64,000 nucleotides of DNA, from assembly GCA_040954595.2 (NCBI GenBank), contig CM082583.2, positions 1,746,925 to 1,810,924 of the forward strand, in the 5' to 3' direction. Below the pieces are notes generated by a model. The model was not told where the DNA came from and did no database searches. It saw only the letters and a program-made list of their open reading frames with translations. Of this stretch, positions 52,342 to 64,000 are shown one piece after another. The stretch's first letter is position 1, and every line of letters starts with the position of its first letter. The position numbers were made by a program, and so were the translations under genes. The stretch comes from Balanoglossus misakiensis (lineage: Eukaryota > Animalia > Hemichordata).

Positions 52342-53277
52342 AAACACTGCTTGAATTTCTACAATTATTAAGCAAACGGAAGCTTCACTAACACATAGGC
52401 GTACACACAGAGCACGCGGCACGATAATTGTGTGCGTGGCCAGCTGATTGACCGACCCTATCTTATAATTTATATGGGAGAGAGCGGTTTTGTCTTGTTA
52501 TATCCTACAAAAAGTGACCATATTAAAGTGGAGAAAAAATGACCTGATAATTTGTGTGGCCGATCGACCGTCCCTATCTAAGGCCTATATTGGTATGTTA
52601 TGCAAGACACACTATTCGAAATAACGCCTGTCCGACAGTCCGAGACTGGTTGTTTTTCCATCAGACTGATAGTAAAAAAGTTACCAGTCCGGCGGACAGG
52701 TTGAATTTAGCGTGGAGTTGACTTGTTTGCGGTATCATAGACGTACGTGACCCCATCGTGACCCTGGCTGTCCGGGATAGCACCACCAACGATATCTTTT
52801 AGACCATCCTCTGTTTATTAGGCCCCTATTGCAATTAATTACCGTCCCTATCTTATATTGGAGGGAACTGGTTTGTCTTGGCATGTTATGAAAGATGAAT
52901 TTTTTAAAAAAAAAATGACGTTTATGACATACAGATGTAACCGACCCCATAAGGTCCCAATGATATATATTTACATCATACACCAAATTGGACTTAAAAA
53001 CCAAAAATTGAAAGCCGCTGGAGTTTCTGCGACTATGAACTCAACGTAAGCTGGACACTACTCACTCCGAGCCCGACCTGGTAATTTGTATGTTGTCCAT
53101 CGAGCGCCTATAGCTTAGACCTATACAGGAGAGAACGGTTTATGAAGTTATGTTCAACAAAAATATATGATCATGGAATTAAAGAATTTGGAGAAAAAAA
53201 ATATAATTAAAAATGGACGTTTACGACGACAAAAAGGAAGACTGTTTAATGCAAAAGTTAAGAAAAAGGAAAAATTC

Positions 53278-53397
53278 AAGCCTACGGCACGTGGTATTCC
53301 CAGGCGGTCACCCATCCAAGTACTAACCACGCCCAACGCAGCTTAACTTCGGTGATCGGACGAGAACCGGTGTATTCGACGTGGTATGGCCGTAGGC
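53278..53397 (-). rRNA. 5S rRNA (copy 4)
   Basis: Consensus sequence. Confidence 0.98.
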
Positions 53398-54333
53398 AAA
53401 CACTGCTTGAATTTCTACAATTATTAAGCAAACGGAAGCTTCACTAACACATAGGCGTACACACAGAGCACGCGGCACGATAATTGTGTGCGTGGCCAGC
53501 TGATTGACCGACCCTATCTTATAATTTATATGGGAGAGAGCGGTTTTGTCTTGTTATATCCTACAAAAAGTGACCATATTAAAGTGGAGAAAAAATGACC
53601 TGATAATTTGTGTGGCCGATCGACCGTCCCTATCTAAGGCCTATATTGGTATGTTATGCAAGACACACTATTCGAAATAACGCCTGTCCGACAGTCCGAG
53701 ACTGGTTGTTTTTCCATCAGACTGATAGTAAAAAAGTTACCAGTCCGGCGGACAGGTTGAATTTAGCGTGGAGTTGACTTGTTTGCGGTATCATAGACGT
53801 ACGTGACCCCATCGTGACCCTGGCTGTCCGGGATAGCACCACCAACGATATCTTTTAGACCATCCTCTGTTTATTAGGCCCCTATTGCAATTAATTACCG
53901 TCCCTATCTTATATTGGAGGGAACTGGTTTGTCTTGGCATGTTATGAAAGATGAATTTTTTTAAAAAAAAATGACGTTTATGACATACAGATGTAACCGA
54001 CCCCATAAGGTCCCAATGATATATATTTACATCATACACCAAATTGGACTTAAAAACCAAAAATTGAAAGCCGCTGGAGTTTCTGCGACTATGAACTCAA
54101 CGTAAGCTGGACACTACTCACTCCGAGCCCGACCTGGTAATTTGTATGTTGTCCATCGAGCGCCTATAGCTTAGACCTATACAGGAGAGAACGGTTTATG
54201 AAGTTATGTTCAACAAAAATATATGATCATGGAATTAAAGAATTTGGAGAAAAAAAATATAATTAAAAATGGACGTTTACGACGACAAAAAGGAAGACTG
54301 TTTAATGCAAAAGTTAAGAAAAAGGAAAAATTC

Positions 54334-54453
54334 AAGCCTACGGCAAGAGGTATTCCCAGGCGGTCACCCATCCAAGTACTAACCACGCCCAACGCAGCTT
54401 AACTTCGGTGATCGGACGAGAACCGGTGTATTCGACGTGGTATGGCCGTAGGC
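54334..54453 (-). rRNA. 5S rRNA (copy 5, two SNPs)
   Basis: ggcaagagg instead of ggcacgtgg. Confidence 0.96.
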
Positions 54454-55399
54454 AAACACTGCTTGAATTTCTACAATTATTAAGCAAACGGAAGCTTCAC
54501 TAACACATAGGCGTACACACAGAGCACGCGGCACGATAATTGTGTGCGTGGCCAGCTGATTGACCGACCCTATCTTATAATTTATATGGGAGAGAGCGGT
54601 TTTGTCTTGTTATATCCTACAAAAAGTGACCATATTAAAGTGGAGAAATAATGACCTGATAATTTGTGTGGCCGATCGACCGTCCCTATCTAAGGCCTAT
54701 ATTGGTATGTTATGCAAGACACACTATTCGAAATAACGCCTGTCCGACAGTCCGAGACTGGTTATTTTTCCATCAGACTGATAGTAAAAAAGTTACCAGT
54801 CCGGCGGACAGGTTGAATTTAGCGTGGAGTTGACTTGTTTGCGGTATCATAGACGTACGTGACCCCATCGTGACCCTGGCAGTCCGGGATAGCACCACCA
54901 ACGATATCTTTTAGACCATCCTCTGTTTATTAGGCCCCTATTGCAATTAATTACCGTCCCTATCTTATATTGGAGGGAACGGGTTTGTCTTGGCATGTTA
55001 TGCAAAACACTTGAAAGATGAATTTTTTTAAAAAAAATGACGTTTATGACATACAGATGTAACCGACCCCATAAGGTCCCAATGATATATATTTACATCA
55101 TACACCAAATTGGACTTAAAAACCAAAAATTGAAAGCCGCTGGAGTTTCTGCGACTATGAACTCAACGTAAGCTGGACACTACTCACTCCGAGCCCGACC
55201 TGGTAATTTGTATGTTGTCCATCGAGCGCCTATAGCTTAGACCTATACAGGAGAGAACGGTTTATGAAGTTATGTTCAACAAAAATATATGATCATGGAA
55301 TTAAAGAATTTGGAGAAAAAAAATATAATTAAAAATGGACGTTTACGACGACAAAAAGGAAGACTGTTTAATGCAAAAGTTAAGAAAAAGGAAAAATTC

Positions 55400-55519
55400 A
55401 AGCCTACGGCACGTGGTATTCCCAGGCGGTCACCCATCCAAGTACTAACCACGCCCAACGAAGCTTAACTTCGGTGATCGGACGAGAACCGGTGTATTCG
55501 ACGTGGTATGGCCGTAGGC
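55400..55519 (-). rRNA. 5S rRNA (copy 6, one SNP)
   Basis: aacgaagc instead of aacgcagc. Confidence 0.97.
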
Positions 55520-56465
55520 AAACACTGCTTGAATTTCTACAATTATTAAGCAAACGGAAGCTTCACTAACACATAGGCGTACACACAGAGCACGCGGCAC
55601 GATAATTGTGTGCGTGGCCAGCTGATTGACCGACCCTATCTTATAATTTATATGGGAGAGAGCGGTTTTGTCTTGTTATATCCTACAAAAAGTGACCATA
55701 TTAAAGTGGAGAAATAATGACCTGATAATTTGTGTGGCCGATCGACCGTCCCTATCTAAGGCCTATATTGGTATGTTATGCAAGACACACTATTCGAAAT
55801 AACGCCTGTCCGACAGTCCGAGACTGGTTGTTTTTCCATCAGACTGATAGTAAAAAAGTTACCAGTCCGGCGGACAGGTTGAATTTAGCGTGGAGTTGAC
55901 TTGTTTGCGGTATCATAGACGTACGTGACCCCATCGTGACCCTGGCTGTCCGGGATAGCACCACCAACGATATCTTTTAGACCATCCTCTGTTTATTAGG
56001 CCCCTATTGCAATTAATTACCGTCCCTATCTTATATTGGAGGGAACGGGTTTGTCTTGGCATGTTATGCAAAACACTTGAAAGATGGATTTTTTTAAAAA
56101 AAATGACGTTTATGACATACAGATGTAACCGACCCCATAAGGTCCCAATGGTATATATTTACATCATACACCAAATTGGACTTAAAAACCAAAAATTGAA
56201 AGCCGCTGGAGTTTCTGCGACTATGAACTCAACGTAAGCTGGACACTACTCACTCCGAGCCCGACCTGGTAATTTGTATGTTGTCCATCGAGCGCCTATA
56301 GCTTAGACCTATACAGGAGAGAACGGTTTATGAAGTTATGTTCAACAAAAATATATGATCATGGAATTAAAGAATTTGGAGAAAAAAAATATAATTAAAA
56401 ATGGACGTTTACGACGACAAAAAGGAAGACTGTTTAATGCAAAAGTTAAGAAAAAGGAAAAATTC

Positions 56466-56585
56466 AAGCCTACGGCACGTGGTATTCCCAGGCGGTCACC
56501 CATCCAAGTACTAACCACGCCCAACGCAGCTTAACTTCGGTGATCGGACGAGAACCAGTGTATTCGACGTGGTATGGCCGTAGGC
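56466..56585 (-). rRNA. 5S rRNA (copy 7, DIRS-adjacent, C29T)
   Basis: gaaccagtg instead of gaaccggtg. Confidence 0.97.
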
Positions 56586-56958
56586 AAACACTGCTTGAAT
56601 TTCTACAATTATTAAGCAAACGGAAGCTTCACTAACACATAGGCGTACACACAGGCGTCATAATCTCGGTCAGTCTTCAATGAGACTTTAAAGTAAATAA
56701 TGACAGAAAAACGTTCCAACTACAACAAACAATAGAACATTTATTTGTAATACTACAACCATGTAAACTTATACATCTTAGTAAACACTAAGCATGTCTC
56801 CATATATAATTTGTATGTAATCTTCAGTAACATAACAAAATGTTCAATATAGTGCATTAGCCAAGAACTGAATGCATGTAATTGTATGCCAGATGACTTC
56901 TCTTGAGTCTTTTGATCAATAAACATGTTCAAAATAACTGTTGAAATTTATATTGTAT

Positions 56959-57920
56959 TTATCTGTTTCCCATCAATACTCCACGCTCAAAGTGGTCATC
57001 TCTATATGTTTTCTTATCATAAAACTTCGCAAATGTGCTCTCACTAGACCATCCTGCTTTTTTCAGAATGTCCGTTACAGGTACACAATTATTTTTTGCT
57101 GTTGACGTTGCTGCTGCTCTCACACTGTGGGAGCCAAATTTACTAACATCAATTCCTGATTTTGACATGACAGTTTTAATCCATCTTGAAATTGTGCTAG
57201 CACTTACTGCTCCGTATGGTTTTGTGTAACTTATCAACAGTGAGTTCCTACCAGAACCACTTCTATTTGGTTTAGTACGATTTAAATATTCCTTTATAAC
57301 AGTATAAACACAAAGTCTCCTGTCAGGAGGGTATGCTTTAAACGCAACATGAACAACATTATAACTTGGTCTGTTTTGTTTTAAAGAACTCTGTAACTCA
57401 AACACAAACTCTGAACTTGTTTTCATAATATTACAAAAAGACAACAACTGTAGTGTCTGTACACGGGCTGCATTAGTTACAGCCATAAGCATTGTTAGTT
57501 TTAAGGTCAAGTCTTTCAAACTCAGTTCCTTTACAGGTGATAATGACTTCAGGTAATGTAACACCTGATTTACATCCCATATCGCAGTATACTTGGGTTT
57601 AGGTGGTCTTAGGTTGAAGACTCCTTTCATATATCTGACAACAAGTGGATGGCTTCCAATTGTAAATCCATCACGGTGTATGCCTAGTGATGACAAGGCT
57701 GCACGCACAGTATTCAAAGTTCCATAACCCACTCCTGTATCATATATTTGGGTTAGAAATTCTATCACTTCTTCCACTTCTGGTGAAATTTATTCAACCT
57801 GTTTTTCACAACAGTACTGAAACCATTTCTTGATATAGACCTCATATTGTTTTTGAGTTCCTTGTTTCCATGATGACATGAGAATATTGGTAGACTGTTC
57901 TGAAATTCCGCGTTGTCTGT
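56959..57920 (-). pseudogene. DIRS-B tyrosine recombinase with one in-frame TAA (57790-57792) in the N-terminal domain
   Basis: RGISEQ..TQKQYEVYIKKW..VE*ISPEVEEVIEFL, NAARVQTL, HSVRAA, AGWSSESTFAKFY. The catalytic domain (56959-57777) is open. Confidence 0.88.
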
Positions 57921-59810
57921 AATTTGTCCTGACACTTTGCAGACGATCAATTTTAATCGACCCTCCAATGGGTGTTGTACTTGTTCCTTCAGATATGGTA
58001 GTCTGAGAAGGTTCTTTACTTTCTGTATGATTATTGGGATGTCTATCAATACTCCCATGAGTTTGGTAAACCACGGTTGAGTTGGCCAAAGTGGAGCCAC
58101 AACAATGCCCACTGCTTTGTCTTCTCTGATTTTCTGCACACAGCGTCCCATTAGACTGAAAGGGGGAAAAAGATAAATATTGTTGAAATTTCCCCAATCT
58201 ATGGTAAATGCATTCACATATAATGCATAAGGATCTGGTCCCCAGGACACATATTTCTCCACTTGGTTATTTTGTCTTGATGCAAAGAGATCAATATCTG
58301 GTGTATTCCATTTATTGCAGATTTTTCTAAAGATATTCTCATTTAATGTCCATTCTAGCTGATGATCAAAGAGGCGTGACGCTCTATCAGCTTCAACATT
58401 GTCAATTCCTGCAATATGTGAACATGATATCCAAATATCATTATCAATACATAACTTCCATATATCAACTGCAATTTTATTGCATGTATCTGATTTGATT
58501 CCTCCCATGTTGCTAATATAACTCACAGCTGTTGTATTATCTGATAATACCTTGACATGTTGACCTTTCAACTTTGACATGAATGCCCTAAAGGCAAACT
58601 TGATTGCTAAAAGTTCTAATGCATTTATATGCATCTCAGTTTCACTAATAGTCCATGGACCGCCTATCCTAGTCCCCTCTAAATATGCTCCCCATCCTTT
58701 CAAAGAGGCATCACATTGTAATGTTATATCTGGATTACCCTTTATTATAGATCTCTTTTGTACTTTAATATTTTCAATCCACCGTTTAAGTTCTATTTTC
58801 ATCTGCGATGTAATAGTCATATTACAATCAAACTGTCCTGCAGATTTTTTCAATGCTTTAATTTTTTCTCTTTCTAGGACTCTGTAATGTAATTTCCCAT
58901 ATTCAACTGCAGGAAAACTTGCTACTATAAGGCCAATGACTCGAGCCACTTCTCGTATACTTGCCCTATTTTTTACAGTCAATTTTTCACATTCTACCAT
59001 AAGGGTATTCATTTTTTCTTCTGGTAAAGTTACAACCATTTTCCTTGAATCAATTTGCTTTCCTAAGAAAACAATTTTTTGTTGAGGTATGAGAACTGAT
59101 TTCTCCTTATTAATGGTGAACCCCAAGGAGGTCATTAAGCTCATAGTATCTTTGACATTAGTTGTACACTCGCTAGAAGTGTCACCACAAAGCAGGCTGT
59201 CATCAATGAAGCCTGAAATTGTATGTCCCATATTACGTAAATTGGAATAAACTGGTTTCATCAATTTTGTAAACAATCTAGGCCCCTCTGATACACCATT
59301 GGGCAAACATGTATATTGATAGATTTTTCCCTTCCATGCAAATCTGAAATACTTTTGCTGTTCTTCAGCAATTTTTACTGAATAATATGCGTGTCTCAAA
59401 TCTACTGACGCCATGTATGAATTCTTATTAATAAGAGTGAGGGCTATTTCAAAGGTATCCATTTTAAAATGCCTGTAAGGTATTTTGTCATTCAGTTTTT
59501 TCAGATTTAAGACCATTCTATGTTCACCATTCTTTTTGGGAACAACAAAAATTGGGGACAGAAACTGTCCCTCTGTATCTTCAACTTGAACAAGGACCTT
59601 CAGTTCAAGCATCTTATTAATTTCTTTGTCAATAATTTTAGTTTCTGTGTCATTGAATTTATAATTGGCCTTGCTACTAGGTGGTAATGACATAATGTCA
59701 ATATCTATGTGACAATGTTGTACTATATCTAGTATAGTTGGGTCTTGAGTTATCTGTTTCCATGCCTCAACAAAATATTGTAATCTACCAGCCTCAAATA
59801 ATGTGCTCAC
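57765..59810 (-). CDS. DIRS-B pol: reverse transcriptase - RNase H - methyltransferase-like, open frame of 681 aa
   Basis: AGRL, RMVLNLK, DLRHAYY, CLPNG, GFIDD, CDASLKGWGA, HINALEL, SDNTTAV, DLFAS, YLFPPFS. Confidence 0.95.
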   Translation of the reverse strand: MSTLFEAGRLQYFVEAWKQITQDPTILDIVQHCHIDIDIMSLPPSSKANYKFNDTETKIIDKEINKMLELKVLVQVEDTEGQFLSPIFVVPKKNGEHRMVLNLKKLNDKIPYRHFKMDTFEIALTLINKNSYMASVDLRHAYYSVKIAEEQQKYFRFAWKGKIYQYTCLPNGVSEGPRLFTKLMKPVYSNLRNMGHTISGFIDDSLLCGDTSSECTTNVKDTMSLMTSLGFTINKEKSVLIPQQKIVFLGKQIDSRKMVVTLPEEKMNTLMVECEKLTVKNRASIREVARVIGLIVASFPAVEYGKLHYRVLEREKIKALKKSAGQFDCNMTITSQMKIELKRWIENIKVQKRSIIKGNPDITLQCDASLKGWGAYLEGTRIGGPWTISETEMHINALELLAIKFAFRAFMSKLKGQHVKVLSDNTTAVSYISNMGGIKSDTCNKIAVDIWKLCIDNDIWISCSHIAGIDNVEADRASRLFDHQLEWTLNENIFRKICNKWNTPDIDLFASRQNNQVEKYVSWGPDPYALYVNAFTIDWGNFNNIYLFPPFSLMGRCVQKIREDKAVGIVVAPLWPTQPWFTKLMGVLIDIPIIIQKVKNLLRLPYLKEQVQHPLEGRLKLIVCKVSGQITDNAEFQNSLPIFSCHHGNKELKNNMRSISRNGFSTVVKNRLNKFHQKWKK

Positions 59811-59815
59811 CTCAG

Positions 59816-61045
59816 TTACTGTGCTTTGTATTTGGGGCCCGCTAAGGGTCCCTGTCTCTGGTAGTTTTTTGATCCTGATGTACTTGGCAGGTACGTCTGA
59901 CTTTGACTGTATCGATAGGCACCTCTGCCTCTCTGTTGGATGTATCCACGTCCTCTACCTCTAGATCTCATATAGCGGTTTGATGCTCCGAATCGTGATA
60001 CACCTCTTCCTCTGTAACTGAATACTTTGTTGCTTATTCTAGCAACGTCTTCAATTTCTTTGGTAGTCTTAGATATGTCATCTCCAAACAACATGTTTGT
60101 AAAGGGACGGCTGTGATTGCAAAGATGAACATACTGTTCTTTCAGTTCTGGTTTCAGTAGATCTTTTCTAGTCATATTTATCTGTTTGTTTGCATGCCCC
60201 AATAAGGCAAGCACATCATTACAGTCATCTATCAACTTCCCAAAGGAAGGATCCAAGTCTTTTTCCATCACTGCCATACTGTTTACGACTTTCGCTAAGA
60301 TAGTCGCCGCTTTTACCACTGATGTCTCAATATTCTGAATTTTCTTATCATTCGTCCGTGCAGTGGACGACATTGCATCCCAGATTAACTGGTTTGTTTT
60401 CACTGTTACCAAGCCCTCACAGTTCTGTGGGCGGGCATTGTTTTCACTCTTAGTGAGTTCAATGTATCGCTCTTCCTCGATACCATTTTTGAACAGATCA
60501 GTGATATTTTCCGCCAACGTGGCGTCTATATCCTTATCACAACACTCTTGCACTTTGAATCGTTTCGTCATAGAAACGAATCTACTAGGTTCTTTCTCAC
60601 TGCTATCGTCGTCAATGGCGGCCTCCTGTGAGGTCCGTTTCTGGCTACTTGGCGGGAGATCGTCGTCTGTTACTTCCCCATAGTCACAGTGAGAATCATA
60701 TTCGTAACTTTCCTCAAATTCCTTATTCTGTGTTTCTATCTTGTCTAGTCGCTCGGATATTGTACTTACTGCGAGTTCCTGTCTTTTCATGGCTGTCTGA
60801 ATCGAACGCATAATGGTCACTACTTCGCCCTCACTGTCATCCTTTTTCTTACCCGAACTAATCGGAGTATTTGTTGGTCTTTTCGCCGACTGCTTACTTT
60901 TACTTGTCGATGCCTTCGCATCGTCTTTTACCGAACCACGTTCGGTTTTATCGAGTTTATAGTCATTTAAACTCCTTGCTGATGTTCCGGACAGACCGGA
61001 AGACTCGGACTTATCGTCCTTACTCATTTGTGTCGGCAAACTCAT
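59816..61045 (-). CDS. DIRS-B gag-like ORF1, open frame
   Basis: RPQNCEGL..VKTNQLIW, LFGDD and an RG-rich C-terminus, located upstream of pol. Confidence 0.88.
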   Translation of the reverse strand: MSLPTQMSKDDKSESSGLSGTSARSLNDYKLDKTERGSVKDDAKASTSKSKQSAKRPTNTPISSGKKKDDSEGEVVTIMRSIQTAMKRQELAVSTISERLDKIETQNKEFEESYEYDSHCDYGEVTDDDLPPSSQKRTSQEAAIDDDSSEKEPSRFVSMTKRFKVQECCDKDIDATLAENITDLFKNGIEEERYIELTKSENNARPQNCEGLVTVKTNQLIWDAMSSTARTNDKKIQNIETSVVKAATILAKVVNSMAVMEKDLDPSFGKLIDDCNDVLALLGHANKQINMTRKDLLKPELKEQYVHLCNHSRPFTNMLFGDDISKTTKEIEDVARISNKVFSYRGRGVSRFGASNRYMRSRGRGRGYIQQRGRGAYRYSQSQTYLPSTSGSKNYQRQGPLAGPKYKAQ

Positions 61046-61766
61046 TGTACACCTACAGTGACAATTTTTCACTCAAATATTTGGCTCCAAAGCCAAACTA
61101 CACGGTTGATCGACGATCTAACCTTAGAAGATTCTGTTCTGAACCTGTTCCAACCCAGATGGGTCTCGATGCTGCTGGATTATCGGTAAAATAACCGTCG
61201 AAAACTCAGCGGTCAAAAAATCGCTGCCATACTCCCAATGCACACATGTGCACCTGACTCCCACGCATGCGCAGCACACTCTCATTGAAGACTGACCAAG
61301 ATTATGACGAAATAGAATTACCGTCCCTATCTTATATTGGAGGGAACGGGTTTGTCTTGGCATGTTATGCAAAACACTTGAAAGATGAATTTAAAAAAAA
61401 AAAAATGACGTTTATGACATACAGATGTAACCGACCCCATAAGGTCCCAATGATATATATTTACATCATACACCAAATTGGACTTAAAAACCAAAAATTG
61501 AAAGCCGCTGGAGTTTCTGCGACTATGAACTCAACGTAAGCTGGACACTACTCACTCCGAGCCCGACCTGGTAATTTGTATGTTGTCCATCGAGCGCCTA
61601 TAGCTTAGACCTATACAGGAGAGAACGGTTTATGAAGTTATGTTCAACAAAAATATATGATCATGGAATTAAAGAATTTGGAGAAAAAAATATAATTAAA
61701 AATGGACGTTTACGACGACAAAAAGGAAGACTGTTTAATGCAAAAGTTAAGAAAAAGGAAAAATTC

Positions 61767-61886
61767 AAGCCTACGGCACGTGGTATTCCCAGGCGGTCAC
61801 CCATCCAAGTACTAACCACGCCCAACGCAGCTTAACTTCGGTGATCGGACGAGAACCGGTGTATTCGACGTGGTATGGCCGTAGGC
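61767..61886 (-). rRNA. 5S rRNA (copy 8)
   Basis: Consensus sequence. Confidence 0.98.
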
Positions 61887-62834
61887 AAACACTGCTTGAA
61901 TTTCTACAATTATTAAGCAAACGGAAGCTTCACTAACACATAGGCGTACACACAGAGCACGCGGCACGATAATTGTGTGCGTGGCCAGCTGATTGACCGA
62001 CCCTATCTTATAATTTATATGGGAGAGAGCGGTTTTGTCTTGTTATATCCTACAAAAAGTGACCATATTAAAGTGGAGAAATAATGACCTGATAATTTGT
62101 GTGGCCGATCGACCGTCCCTATCTAAGGCCTATATTGGTATGTTATGCAAGACACACTATTCGAAATAACGCCTGTCCGACAGTCCGAGACTGGTTGTTT
62201 TTCCATCAGACTGATAGTAAAAAAGTTACCAGTCCGGCGGACAGGTTGAATTTAGCGTGGAGTTGACTTGTTTGCGGTATCATAGACGTACGTGACCCCA
62301 TCGTGACCCTGGCTGTCCGGGATAGCACCACCAACGATATCTTTTAGACCATCCTCTGTTTATTAGGCCCCTATTGCAATTAATTACCGTCCCTATCTTA
62401 TATTGGAGGGAACGGGTTTGTCTTGGCATGTTATGCAAAACACTTGAAAGATGAATTTAAAAAAAAAAAAAATGACGTTTATGACATACAGATGTAACCG
62501 ACCCCATAAGGTCCCAATGATATATATTTACATCATACACCAAATTGGACTTAAAAACCAAAAATTGAAAGCCGCTGGAGTTTCTGCGACTATGAACTCA
62601 ACGTAAGCTGGACACTACTCACTCCGAGCCCGACCTGGTAATTTGTATGTTGTCCATCGAGCGCCTATAGCTTAGACCTATACAGGAGAGAACGGTTTAT
62701 GAAGTCATGTTCAACAAAAATATATGATCATGGAATTAAAGAATTTGGAGAAAAAAAATATAATTAAAAATGGACGTTTACGACGACAAAAAGGAAGACT
62801 GTTTAATGCAAAAGTTAAGAAAAAGGAAAAATTC

Positions 62835-62954
62835 AAGCCTACGGCACGTGGTATTCCCAGGCGGTCACCCATCCAAGTACTAACCACGCCCAACGCAGCT
62901 TAACTTCGGTGATCGGACGAGAACCAGTGTATTCGACGTGGTATGGCCGTAGGC
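62835..62954 (-). rRNA. 5S rRNA (copy 9, DIRS-adjacent, C29T)
   Basis: Same gaaccagtg variant as copy 7. Confidence 0.97.
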
Positions 62955-63024
62955 AAACACTGCTTGAATTTCTACAATTATTAAGCAAACGGAAGCTTCA
63001 CTAACACATAGGCGTACACACAGG

Positions 63025-64000
63025 CGTCATAATCTCGGTCAGTCTTCAATGAGACTTTAAAGTAAATAATGACAGAAAAACGTTCCAACTACAACAAACA
63101 ATAGAACATTTATTTGTAATACTACAACCATGTAAACTTATACATCTTAGTAAACACTAAGCATGTCTCCATATATAATTTGTATGTAATCTTCAGTAAC
63201 ATAACAAAATGTTCAATATAGTGCATTAGCCAAGAACTGAATGCATGTAATTGTATGCCAGATGACTTCTCTTGAGTCTTTTGATCAATAAACATGTTCA
63301 AAATAACTGTTGAAATTTATATTGTATTTATCTGTTTCCCATCAATACTCCACGCTCAAAGTGGTCATCTCTATCTGTTTTCTTATCATAAAACTTCGCA
63401 AATGTGCTCTCACTAGACCATCCTGCTTTTTTCAGAATGTCCGTTACAGGTACACAATTATTTTTTGCTGTTGACGTTGCTGCTGCTCTCACACTGTGGG
63501 AGCCAAATTTACTAACATCAATTCCTGATTTTGACATGACAGTTTTAATCCATCTTGAAATTGTGCTAGCACTTACTGCTCCGTATGGTTTTGTGTAACT
63601 TATCAACAGTGAGTTCCTACCAGAACCACTTCTATTTGGTTTAGTACGATTTAAATATTCCTTTATAACAGTATAAACACAAAGTCTCCTGTCAGGAGGG
63701 TATGCTTTAAACGCAACATGAACAACATTATAACTTGGTCTGTTTTGTTTTAAAGAACTCTGTAACTCAAACACAAACTCTGAACTTGTTTTCATAATAT
63801 TACAAAAAGACAACAACTGTAGTGTCTGTACACGGGCTGCATTAGTTACAGCCATAAGCATTGTTAGTTTTAAGGTCAAGTCTTTCAAACTCAGTTCCTT
63901 TACAGGTGATAATGACTTCAGGTAATGTAACACCTGATTTACATCCCATATCGCAGTATACTTGGGTTTAGGTGGTCTTAGGTTGAAGACTCCTTTCATA
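63025..64000 (-). mobile_element. DIRS family B, copy 2 (3' end and YR C-terminus; runs off the window)
   Basis: Same junction ...cgtacacacag|gcgtcataatc... as copy 1. Nearly identical sequence; the only amino-acid change seen is KKTY vs KKTD. Confidence 0.96.

Larger units (their letters stand above)
56656..61316 (-). mobile_element. DIRS1-like retrotransposon (family B), copy 1, within the 5S spacer; 3' end truncated
   Basis: gag, pol and YR frames. 30 bp inverted match between 56656-56685 and 61280-61309. Replaces ~426 bp of spacer. Confidence 0.95.
49589..63023 (-). repeat. Tandem 5S rDNA array, unit ~1056-1069 bp, interrupted by DIRS family B
   Basis: Near-identical units, each with one 5S gene. 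The left edge falls mid-spacer at ~49589. Confidence 0.97.

Noticed and set aside
49962-62893. Recurrent 60-90 aa ORFs (e.g. MGVVSTWMGDRLGIPRAVG)
   Set aside because: They are spurious translations of the 5S gene and spacer repeats.
56655-63024. Two independent site-specific DIRS insertions
   Set aside because: Both copies share the same aberrant truncated 3' junction and a private SNP in the neighbouring 5S gene. One event followed by duplication is simpler.

Overview
Eukaryotic, repeat-rich DNA with spliceosomal introns. The gene and TE repertoire suggests a marine invertebrate (inference). From left to right: a decayed DIRS1-type tyrosine-recombinase retrotransposon (296-5316) next to a Gypsy protease relic; two antisense C-type-lectin exons; a stack of ~18 hairpin 'heads' followed by three bodies of non-autonomous Helentron (HINE/DINE-1-like) elements (8158-13703); the 3' 14 exons of an SVEP1/polydom-like type I membrane protein gene (13942-23074); LTRs, a CR1/L2-type LINE relic, a 1.2 kb duplication and a Crypton relic; a truncated SMB-domain Methuselah/adhesion-like GPCR pseudogene (- strand); an orphan His-Cys box (I-PpoI-like) endonuclease ORF right at the edge of a ~1.06 kb-unit 5S rDNA array (9 genes). 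A second DIRS family sits in that array twice at the identical spacer position. The two copies share a truncated 3' junction and a linked 5S SNP, which points to one insertion amplified with the array. The most notable signals are the DIRS-5S composite unit, the endonuclease ORF at the array border and the stacked Helentron heads. All calls are from reading the sequence; no database searches were run.
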